Part shown: positions 52,991 through 64,000 of the stretch, one piece after another
Numbering within the stretch: the stretch's first letter is position 1
How the letters are laid out: the number at the start of each line of letters is the position of its first letter
Source: Octopus vulgaris
Lineage: Eukaryota
Length of the DNA stretch: 64,000 nucleotides
Assembly: GCA_951406725.2 (NCBI GenBank)
Contig: OX597818.1
Coordinates: 25,544,001 to 25,608,000, forward strand
Reading direction: 5' to 3'
Notes under the pieces: generated by a model
Databases searched by the model: none
Seen by the model: only the letters and a program-made list of their open reading frames with translations
Told to the model about the DNA's origin: nothing
Made by a program: the position numbers and the translations under genes

Positions 52991-55199
52991 CATTAAGTGT
53001 TTGATAAGACATATCACTTCAGTTGCTCTTGTATTAATCTACTATCATTCAATCATGTTAAAATTACTGCCCCTATTGGGAGTGAGCATAATATAAGCAT
53101 TCCAAATACAAGCATTATTGCTGCAAACATAAATGGGTCAATGTTTAAATTAAGTAAATAAACAGCTGTGTGTTAATCCATTGTATGTAGAGAGAAAGGA
53201 GTAGGTGGTTTGTTAATTTACTAAGTAATGCATCTCCTTTTGGTGCATGCAGTAATATGGATGAGAATGCTGGTTGTGCATGGATAAGTAAAACGGCCAA
53301 CTTCATTGCATATGAGAGAGAGACTTGAAAGACTTGATCACCAGCAAAATCATGGCAAATATGAAAAGACATGGATTATGAAACAGGGAGAGAATATTGT
53401 AAAAATTAAAGTAAGTGTGAATCAGGAATTACGAATTTTGAAAGTTGGTTTAAATCAGATTATGGCATGTTAGTATTGTGAGTTAGATGAATGATGTGCA
53501 ATTAAGATGAGGGAAAGTTTTTTAGCTTAGCTGAACATTATGTGTGGAAAAATAATAACTTTCACTGTCCAGCCAAGTTATCCTGACAGTAAATAGATTC
53601 AATGACTCACATGGGTCTTGCTGTTTACAACTATTTCCATGGGTTAAGGCATTTTAATTAGTATAATTCTTGGCTCAATACCATGCTTTTGGTCTCAAAT
53701 GTATTAATTTATAACTCTTTAATTCTCTTCCATGTAGAGAATCTCTGGAACATCTTAAGGATGTCATTGCAGGCAAAGAATGCGTGTGAACTCTTATAAT
53801 TGTACCAATTTTCAGTTAAATTTTTCCACAAAAGTATTCATTTATATACATTGCTTGTATAGTTTTTAACCCATTCTTCTACACCCAATCTTCTCATAGC
53901 CTACCAGAGCAGTTTAATGCCTTCTCAAAGATATCAAGGGCTTAATATGAATTTAGCTATTTGCAATGATGCTTTTCATACAGTTGGCAAGGAATAAAAT
54001 GAAAAGTCTATTATATCATGGTTAAGTATAAAACAAACTGCATTTCACTGTACAAAACCTAAGCTGGAATCATGTCCAGAACAGGCTCTATTATCTGTAG
54101 CACATGAACTAGCAACTTGAGATTGCTAGATACTAAATAGTAGCAAAATGTAGTTAATGGGAGTTTTTCCTTCAGAAATATGTATAGTGAGTAGGTTAGT
54201 AAAGGGAGCAGTAGTTCATCATCTCAACAACTATGGTAGAAGGAACAATAAATTCCTTTATATACATAATAGAGAATCCTCTATGATGTTCAGCAATGGA
54301 CTTAGTAATGTTGAGCAACAAGAGATGTTTTATTAAACAACTCCAATATAGATTCCTCTTGTCAATAACAATCAATATTCAGGTTTCATTTTTTGCGACA
54401 GCTTGAGGATGAAATTTTGTTCATTAAAGAGCATGAAAAGTCATAAAATTTCTGTTCCTATTTCTTTGTTACAATTCCATATCTTAGTTTCAAGTATTGC
54501 GTGTTGTTTCTCTTGTGCCACATTTTGCAGGGTTTCTCCTTTCACTTGGCAGCTTTTACCTTTATTGTAAAAACACCAGATTTCATTGTCTCAACAAGTT
54601 TGTTTTAGCCTAAACAAAACTATTTGACAAGCATACAGCATTATGGTCAATATATATTTCCAAAACCTCAGAATCTTGAAAAAACATATGTGCTCCATGC
54701 TGGCATAGATTGGACTATTTAACAGTATCCATTGTGTCCAAGGACTGCATCATGCTCCAATGTCTATTATGGCATGGTTTCTATGGCTGGATGCACTTCC
54801 TAATGCCAACCACTTTACAGCATCGACTAAGTACTTTTTCATGCTACCTACACTACTGAGTTTGCTGTGCAGCTTGCAGAACTACAAACCTTAATGGGGT
54901 GAGGGTAGGGGCAAACTCCAAACCAGGGGACAAGGGAATGCAACTATAAGAAGTGGGAGGGAGACTGTGGTTCTTGCATGGCTACTCACACCTAGTAGAG
55001 GGATGAACAATAGGCATTACAAGAGATAGATAATGGAAAAGAGGTAACCCCACAGGGCACAAGATGAGTCGAAGAATCAGTTTGCAAGATTATATAGAAA
55101 GGAGAAAGAAGGGAAGGGGAGGTAAACTTCCAAAATGGGTAGGGTTGAAAGGTGGATGAGCAACGAGCTATGAGTTGGGGGTGGTAGAGGAATGCAGAA

Positions 55200-57020
55200 G
55201 AGAATTGGAGGTAAGCAACAGGAGTGTTACTCTATTAGGAAGATTGCATCTGTGGTGCTTCTTCTGGGGACAAAGTCAAACTGCATCTCATCCAGGTCTA
55301 CTTTCCCATAGATCAATTGAGTTATGGCCTTGTGTGACCTTCATAACTTGATCTAGAAGTTTAATTTCCCTATAATTGTTTCTCTCTAAGGCTGCCCTTG
55401 TAGCAGTTTACAATGATATTTCTATGCCAGTTATTGGCTATGACACCCTTGGTAATCCCATATATTTTAAGCATCACTACAACTATCCCCAATGGACCTA
55501 CAGCTTCCCCACTCTTCTTATCCTTGACTACTTTACCACACAGCTGTCAGCTTGAACAACAGCCCCCCTGTTTGGTCAGCAAGGAGTAATCCCTTTTGCA
55601 TCGTCATCATAATCATCACTTAATGTCTGTTGTCCATGCTGGCATGGGTTGGATGGTTTGGCAGGAGCTGCACTAGACACCATTGTCTGATTTAGCATGG
55701 TTTCCATAGCTGGACTGGATGCCCTTCCAAATGCCAACCACTTTACAGAGTATACTGATTGCTTTTTATGTGGCACTAGCATTGGCAGGGTCACCAAGTA
55801 ACTTGCATGATAAAGACCTCTGACTGGGAGGGGAAGTAGTATTGAGGAAGGTGGCTTTGTGTCATGTGAGTGGTTAAAGAATACTAGAGGGGCACATTAA
55901 TATTACACAATCATACTAGCTTTATTTCTTTCAAGCCTGTGCACGTCCTCAGCAGTCAGCCCATGTTTCACTGCCATGTAGCATGGCTGTTTGCACACAT
56001 GCATCATACAGTCTACCTTTCATTCTGTGCAAGAAGCCCTTTGTTACCAGCAGAACTTTGCCCAGGTTTTTCTTATTCTAGCAGCTACACTCTCAGAGCA
56101 TCCATCCCCGCTACTGACTTGGTCACCTCGGTAATGGAAGCTACCAACTACTTCTAGTTTTTCCCACTGGCATGTGATGGAAGCTGTGCATTTGCTACAC
56201 ACAAAAACTATCTTCCCAGTTAACCTTCCTTTGGTATTGTTGCACCTCTTATGTGTCCATAGCTTACACTGGTTACATCTTATGGAGTTTTTACCTACGC
56301 TTTTTCTATAGATCGAGCAGGGCCATCTACCTGAAGGGATTTGTGATTTGTTTGCACTCCTACTTACTAAAACATTGGTTTTGTTAGATTTACTCTAAGG
56401 CCCTTCGATTCTGGACCTTGCTTCCATACCTGAAACTTCTCCTTCAGTTCTGGTAGTGACTCAGCTATTAGAGCAAGGTCATCAACATAGAGGAGCTCCC
56501 TGGAGCAGCCTGTCTTGAATTCTTCTGCTATTGCCTGGAGGACTATGATGAATAAGAGCGGGGCTGAGGACTGATCCTACCCGGAATTCTTCACTATACT
56601 CATCGCCAACCCTCACCTTACTGACTTAATTGCTTTATCTACCAAGGTACTGTCACTTCAGATAGCTGGTCCCTCTGTTGGGTCGACATTTGGCAGACTC
56701 TCTTTCTCCCATTCATTCTCTTTTTTGAGCAACCTTTCATAGTGGCTTCTCCAAGTCTCTCTCTTTGCAGCCTTATTAAATGCAAGTGAGACATCATCCA
56801 TGTGGACACATTTCTCTCCTATGACAACATGATTCTCTCCCACGCATTGTCTTGCAACATGAAACACCTCAAATCTTTAGTCCTCACGACGCAGAACACT
56901 GGCAAATTCTTTCTTATCTGCTTCCCCTCTGGCTAAGTAAACCAGTCTTCTAGCTTCCCTTCTGGCGATCTGATACAGTTCCCTGCTACTACCACTCATC
57001 CAGTCCTTCCATACCTGTTT
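55200..57020 (-). mobile_element. Decayed, internally deleted RTE copies
   Basis: RT fragments at 55235-55570; 3' UTR/tail at 55600-55790; RT, PHD and linker at 55900-57020 with a deletion junction at ~56626. Confidence 0.85.
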
Positions 57021-58199
57021 CTATCAAAGTCCACATCTATCAAGAGCATTTACACATTTCTCAATACACACTGCTGTTATTACTTCCCTCCCTCATATTA
57101 TGCTTCTATCGCAGATGGGTATATTTGCCAGTAGTCTAAATGGTGCAAAAGCAGAAAATGAATACAGTATAAATGCCAGTTTTAAATAGGAGCCAGTATA
57201 CATTTTTACTTATTTTAATCTTTCCTGGTTTTTTATTCTCAGTCATTGTTAGAAAGTATTCCATCAGTTTTCAAAGGTTAGTAAAAACAATTTCATTCTT
57301 AATATCTAATCTTTGGCTCAGGACAGTCAATATTTTGTCAGAAGCCACAGGACAATACATGTATTGGATATAAATTAGTTACTACATTACTAAATAATAG
57401 CAATGAAATAATCATTTATTTTATTTATATCAATTGAATCAACTCTATATTTTTAATTTTTTATTAAGCCTAGTAGGAATAAAGGCATATACCAAAGTCA
57501 ACCTACATATATAAGACACTAACCATAACACAACAGGGAATCCTTGACATGGTCACTCAACCTACTAGAAATAGCCATATGTCCTGGATATCAGAGTTAA
57601 CAAGGGGTTAAGCAAAAACAACAGGGACTAAACTTAATACTTTCATGCATCTTGTTCAACACTTCATCATCATCATTGTTATGTCCACTTTTCCATGCTT
57701 GCATGGATTAGACAATCCACTGAGACAAATTTTTTATGGCTGGATGTCCTTTCCATTGCCAATCTTCACCTATTTCTAAGATTTCCAACAAATGCACTCT
57801 AATAATGTTCAAATAAAAAATTAAAATTTACATAAAATATTTTCAACTAAATTTCTAATTGTAGAACCAATTTACTTAAAAACTGTATAAATTGTCATAC
57901 TTTCCATGATAAACAGGAGTAGTACTAAATTTATTTTAAACATTTCTAGTATTTTAAATTTCAATTAAACATTTTAGCTTTCTGAAGCCTATAAATAATG
58001 TAATATTTTCTTAAGAGAAGAAAAATATTATTTTATATTCACATAACCTAAGGACAGGAGTTATACTATGAAAATTTGAATGCATGTTACATGCCAAATC
58101 AACAGTAATACAAACAAAAACCAAAGTACCAAACATTCCAAAGCAAATTTTAAAATTTAATAAATGACAAGTTAAGAAAATGAAGAGAAATTAATTTAC

Positions 58200-59381
58200 C
58201 AGGCTTGTTACCAATAGAAAGTTTGGCGCTCTGTTGTGAATCAAACCTATTTTGGATAGCCTGATCTTCTGAAGGTGAAATATTTGCCCTTGTATCAGAG
58301 GTTTTTGATGCATCAATTCCAGTATTAGGCGGGTTTTGAAAAACAGATTGGTTATCAGTCTTAGCATCATCAACATGGGTTTTTCCAACATTATTTGTGA
58401 TTGTTGAACCCTTTAATGTATTGTTAGAATTAGGTTGATTTCCAGTATTAAGCGGGTTTTGAAAAACAGGAGATTGGGTATCAGTCTTAGCATCTTCAAC
58501 ATGGGTTTTTCCAACATTATCTGGGCTTACTGTACCCTTTAATGAAATGCTAGAATTGGGTCTGTCTCCAGTATTAGCAGCTCCACTTTCAGTTTTAGAT
58601 ATGTTTATAGAAACATGTGGTATCTCAATATTAGGTCCATTTCTAGTATTAGATAGGTTTTGAGAACCAGATAATTGAAATCTAAAATTAGGTTGAGTTA
58701 CAATATTAGGCGGGTTTTGAAAAACAGATTGGTTATTAGTCTTAGCATCATCAACATGGGTTTTTCCTGAACCCTTTGGTGAATTGCTAGAATTAGGTTG
58801 ATTTCCAGTATTAAGCGGGTTTTGAAAAACAGGAGATTGGGTATCAGTCTTAGCATCTTCAACATGGGTTTTTCCAACATTATCTGGGCTTACTGTACCC
58901 TTTAATGAAATGCTAGAATTGGGTCTGTCTCCAGTATTAGCAGCTCCACTTCCAGTTTTAGATATGTTTATAGAAACATGTGGTATCTCAATATTAGGTC
59001 CATTTCTAGTATTAGATAGGTTTTGAGAACCAGATAATTGAAATCTAAAATTAGGTTGAGTTACAATATTAGGCGGGTTTTGAAAAACAGATTGGTTATT
59101 AGTCTTAGCATCATCAACATGGGTTTCTCCTGAACCCTTTGGTGAATTGCTAGAATTAGATTGATTTCCAGAACTGACTGTATCTGGAATTTTACCTATA
59201 TCACTACCAGAGGTGATAGAATGGAATCCAGTAGTAGTAATTTTATTATCAATGTTCTTTTTTTTTGAAGGCACTTTAACTAGCTTTATATTATTTCTTT
59301 TAGATTCTTTATAAATGACATTATTATCTCTATTAATTGTTGTTTCATTCTGAGAAAAATCTGAATCTGTTTTACCTGTAA
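58200..59381 (-). CDS. TGN46-like protein, large Ser/Thr/Asn/Pro-rich repetitive lumenal exon
   Basis: 1.18-kb open frame with ttttcag acceptor (alternative 6 nt downstream) and a GT donor after 58200, in phase 1 with the TM exon. Many NxS/T sequons. Confidence 0.8.
58320..59172 (-). repeat. Coding tandem repeat: two near-identical 363-bp (121-aa) units plus a partial third
   Basis: TCCAGTATTAAGCGGG at 58441 and 58804. KTHV(D/E)DAKT..QS(P)VFQNP-like subunit occurs 5 times. Confidence 0.95.
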
Positions 59382-59479
59382 CTGAAAAAGAAAACAAATA
59401 TTAGTCATAAATGTGCATAATTATAATTTTTGATACATAACAAAACTAGGTGAATAATATATATACAATTTCAAATACA

Positions 59480-61383
59480 TGTGTATTATGGTATTTCAGT
59501 GTGCCTTAGAAATGCTTGGTGAGGTTCATCTCTTCTGCAAGAGTTCAGTCTCTCAATAAGTTTAGCCTGCCAGGAGAAACAGTTGCCAGAATGTGGCTGC
59601 AAATGATATCGGAGACAAAAGTGAAAGTCAGGAGAGAACCATTGTACTTGTCCATCCCTAAGGATGGCAACCAAGGTATTCTCTCAACTTGAACAAAGCA
59701 GGCCTGGAGGCATATGACCAATGGACTTGGATAGTGGGATGATTCAGGATGAGAGAAACCAATGATTGTGGACTGCTACTCCTAGAATTTGCAAGCACTC
59801 ACAAGCTGACCATAGCCCAAACAAGACCCCAGTCAAAACAACATGGCATGCACCCAACACAGGACTCACAACCAAATTGATTTCATCCTCACATCTCAAA
59901 AGTTCAAGGCTAGGACAAAGATTTTTTGATGCAGATGTTAACAGTGATCATGATTTGGTTCTGATGACAATGAAACTCAAACTGAAAAGACCCATAAGAA
60001 AAAAGTAACACATATTAAGTTTGACATAGACAAACTGAATGATACCAGGGTTGTACTGGTGTTTAAGGTGAAAGTGGGTGGCATGTAGCTGCCCTTAACA
60101 TTCTAAAAGATAACATAAATTCCTTGACTGACCACATTGGGAAAGTATTCCAGGAAATGTCTCTAGAAGTGCTAAGGAGAAGAAGAAGAAAGAAAAAACT
60201 ATGGGACACTGATGATAACTTGAACTTATGTGACTTAAGGCAGGACCTGAAGAAGACCAAGCTAACAGGTCAGGAGACATGTCAGAAACATAATGCTGCA
60301 AATAAAAGGTTAAGAAGAAAATGAGGGAAAAATTGATAGCAGACCAGTGCAAAATCATCAAAGTTGGGATAAAGATAGACAAAAGCAAGGTTGCTTTTGA
60401 AACCCTCAAAATCCTACCAGAAACAAAGATACACAACATCACTATGACTGACAGCTAAAAATAGGCCTGCTCCTTGCAGATGAGACTGATGTCAACAAGG
60501 ATAGTCTGAGTAATGTAAAGACTTTTGCAATCACAAACTCAGACATGGCATCAACATCCTGGACAATTTCAACAACAGCAATAATGGAGAATTAGGGAAC
60601 ATTCCAATTCTCCAGGTGGAAATCAAAGAGGTAGTGTGCATACTAAAAAATGGGAAATCCCCAGGAATGGATAATATCCCATTAGAATTCCTGAAACACA
60701 GAGGACCAAAGCTTATCAAGGCACTAACAACCTATTAGAAGATATGAGAGAAGAAGCAGTGACCAAAGGAGTAGACCAATTACTGATGATATCCATGCCC
60801 AAGAAACTTAACTTAAGACTCTGCCAGAATTAAAGAACAACCAGCAACAACAAAATATTGCTAAAATTTCTGCAAACATTTAAGAAACATGCAGGAGAAC
60901 AGGCAGGATTTAGGCCCCAAAGGTGTACTGCAGGGTAAATATTTAACATTAGACTGTTCGTTAAGAAACATCTGCAATGTCAGTTTGACCTCTATCACAA
61001 CTTCATCAACTTTGAAAAGGCTTTTGACTGCTTGGCACAATGGGTTATGGCAAGTGATGGAGAATTACAACTTCAACAACAAACTCATCAAAGTAATCCA
61101 AGAACTGTATGTAAACTCAAATAGTGTAGTTCTTTCTCCTGAACAACAACATTGAATTCTTCAGGACAACAGTGGATGTTTGACAAGGATGTCAACTTTC
61201 TCCAGTGCTTTCCAGCATCTTCGTGGAGAGATTCATACAGGAGACATGCCGATATTTCCACCCCTCTGTTTCTAATGAAAGACTGCCCAGTTCCAGCATG
61301 CACTTTGCTAATAAAACTGACCTGTTAGGAAGGAGTGAAGAAGAACTACAAAAGCTCATCATCAGGCTGGAAAAAGCATCAAG
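59480..61383 (+). mobile_element. Old RTE (BovB-like) LINE remnant, cut by the Gypsy insertion
   Basis: TWHAP, DADVNSDHDLVLMTMKLKLK, GKSPGMDNIP, EQAGF, QGCQLSP, FANKTDLLG motifs with many stops. Confidence 0.75.
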
Positions 61384-61577
61384 TGTGGTGTTATCTCCCT
61401 TTCATTAGTCACCTACCATAATGGGAACTCTCTAGTTTAAAAAGAACACATTCAGGTCCCTAACAGTGGGAGGCCATTACTGTGTATGCTTTGCTAATAA
61501 ACGGACATATCTTATCTCATGCTGAATTGTCTTTCTATTTATTAACCAATATTGTCATGCTTCATTATACTACTACA
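61384..61577 (+). repeat. 5' LTR (194 bp) of a Gypsy element
   Basis: TGTGGTG...TACTACA termini (imperfect IR), internal AATAAA, immediately followed by the PBS. Confidence 0.8.
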
Positions 61578-61595
61578 TGGTGTCAGAAATGGGAT
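61578..61595 (+). promoter_or_regulatory. Primer-binding site complementary to the tRNA-Leu 3' end
   Basis: TGGTGTCAGAAATGGGAT, one mismatch from TGGTGTCAGAAGTGGGAT. Confidence 0.8.
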
Positions 61596-64000
61596 TCCGA
61601 ATGATTTGAAGTACAAAAAAAAAAAAAAAAAAGAATTCTTCACAGAATTGTAAGTTTATTTTTTTCATTTGATTTGGAGAATGTCCGCAAGGCCTTTTTC
61701 TGCAAGTGTCCCATCTCCAGAGCGAAAGTCTTTATTAGGAAATGTGGCTAGCACGTGGAGAAGATTTAAACGAAACTTTTTGAATTATTCGATTGCCAGT
61801 TGACTCTCAACTGAAGTCGACACCGGATATCAAACTTCTGTATTTCTGGCCACTATTGGAGAAGAATGTTTTGATATATATGAAGGACTACAGTTTGACG
61901 ATGAAGAACAGAAAAATGACCAATCTGAAGTAATTAACAAATTCAAGGAATTTTTCATTGGTGAGACACACAAAGTTTATGAGTCTTATCAATTCCACCT
62001 TTGTAAACAACAAAATTTTGAGAACCTAGAAACCTACATAGCTGTCTTGCACCAACTTGCAAAAAACTGAAACTTTGGAGAATTAAAGGACAGACTTATT
62101 AGGGATCAAGGTGTTGTTGGTGTTAAAGACGATCTTTTGAGAGAAAAACTTTTAGCAGACAAAAAGCTAACCCATGACAAATGCTTACAGATATCAAAAT
62201 AACAAACAAAAGCTATTTCCTCAACTGTCAATGCAACAGGATCCACAATTAATCTGTGTCACAGGACCAAATAATAAAAAAGAGCATCAACATATAAAAA
62301 GAAGATGCCTGAGAGAAAGTTCATGCAATGTGGAATGTTCATATTTCACAATAGAAATGACTGCCCCGCCTCAGCAACAAAATGCAGATGGTGTTCAAAA
62401 ATAGGACACTACGCAACTGTTTGCAAGAATTTTTCAATGGTTAGGGGAGTTGAAGAGGAAGAACATCATTTCTTAGGTTTATGTTTCTTCGGAAAATATA
62501 AATGCAGTTTGTGAAGACAATAAGATAGAACAGCAAGCAAAAATAGTAATCACCACCAAAGTCTGCAGCACAATTGTCGAATTTAGACTGCACACTGGCA
62601 CAGATATGACAGTAGTACGTAACTGGTTCTTCAGGAAGAATTCTCCAATAATAAAACCTACAAACAAAAGGTTATATGGACCAGGTCAACACAAAATAAA
62701 AGTAATTGGACGTGTAGATGCCACATTGAGTTATGGGAAAGCAACGTCACAACAGGAACTGTACGTAGTGCAAGACTTAGTTGAACTATTATTAGGTGGA
62801 TCAGCAATTAAAGGTCTCAATCTATTAAGTAAAATCAATGTGATAAAAAGTGAAGCTCTCCAATACAAAAAAGACTTCCCCAGTGTGCTTACCGGCCTAG
62901 GGAAATTGAGACATGTATACAAAATTCACTTGGATGAAACAGCTCAACCTTTCTCAATTACCACCCCCAGATGACAACCACTTACCATGAAGAAGAAAGT
63001 CCAGCAAGAGTTAAAACGATTGGAAAAAGAGAAAATTATCCATCCAGTGAAGTGCCCAACAGACTAGTGTGCTCCCATTGTAGCAGTCCCAAAAAACGAT
63101 GGAAGAGTCAGACTTTGGGTCGACTACACTAAATTAAACGAAAGTGTGAAAAGGGAAAATGTTTCACTTCCTTCAACTGATCAACTTCTTGCTGAACTTG
63201 AAGGAGCTATGAAACTTCACTGTAACAGTGGTTTCCATCAAATAGTTCTGCATGAAGACTCATAGATACTTACCACTTTCATCACACAGTATGGAGAATT
63301 CTGTTATTTACGGTTATCTTTCAGAATAAGCTCTGGACCTGAAATTTTCCACAGTGAAATGTCACACATTGTGTCAGGAATACCAGGGGTCATTTATGTA
63401 CTGGTCAGTGGAAAAACACAAGAGCATGCTAGTGAGTTGAAATTTCTGGGTTATCCAAAGAAGGAATCTGAGTAGATCCTGAGAAACTAAAAGCAATAAA
63501 GGAATTGACCAGACCACAAAATGTGTCTGGGCTAAGAAGGTTGCTTGGTATGGCAAATCATGTTGGCAAATTCGCTGAGACTTTAGTAGAGACGACCAAA
63601 CTAATCCAGGGTCTACTTAAAAAAAAAACCCACTTGGATATGGGACCAGCCTTAAGAAACAGTGTTTTGGATTCTAAAGGAAAAACTGAGCTCTGCACCA
63701 GTACTGATGCATTATAGTGCTGACAAACCAACAAAAGTCTCAGCAGATGCATTGTCTTATTTATGGCTTGGGTGGAGTGCTTCTTCAGAAGGAAGGAGAT
63801 AGCTGGAGATCTGTATTCTATGCATCAAGATCTCTCACTGAGACAAAGCAGAGATATGCCCAGATTGAGAAGGAAGCATTAGCAATCACGTGGCATTGTG
63901 AGAAGTTTGCTGACTTCTTGATAGGATTACCGAAGTTCTTGATAGAAACAGATCACAAGCCTCTACTATCACTGCTAAAGAGTAAACGTCTCGATGGATT

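Larger units (their letters stand above)
61384..64000 (+). mobile_element. Ty3/Gypsy LTR retrotransposon (Mag-like), pseudogenised gag-pol; runs off the window
   Basis: Gag (WRRFKRNF, LKDRLIRDQ, CPASATKCRWCSKIGHYATVC), protease (FRLHTGTD, LLG), RT (APIVAVPKNDGRVRLWVDYTKLN), RNase H (YASRSLTE..YAQIEKEALAI..ETDHKPL); stops and frameshifts. Confidence 0.92.

Overview
AT-rich, microsatellite- and transposon-dense animal genomic DNA. The repeat repertoire (RTE LINEs with (ATG)n tails, tRNA-derived SINEs, long AT/AC microsatellites) points to an octopus or other cephalopod (inference). Two host genes converge. On +, six 3' coding exons of ZSWIM8 (1635-11866), one intron probably GC-AG. On -, three coding exons of a TGN38/TGN46 (TGOLN2)/C5orf15-family type I membrane protein (59381-45719) with a repeat-rich lumenal exon; its 5' exon is not evident here. 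The rest is mostly transposon-derived: a near-intact full-length RTE LINE (only two 1-bp homopolymer frameshifts, with a PHD-type finger inside the RT region), many decayed RTE copies, three Penelope-like (GIY-YIG) remnants (one in inverted-pLTR configuration), a DD37D maT/mariner, a Helitron, MITEs, a MULE fragment and a Gypsy element with LTR and tRNA-Leu PBS. The most notable unannotated signal is a set of minimal type I hammerhead ribozyme motifs, one of them fused behind a tRNA-like pol III head (a candidate ribozyme-carrying SINE). All calls are by eye; no database searches or folding programs were run.
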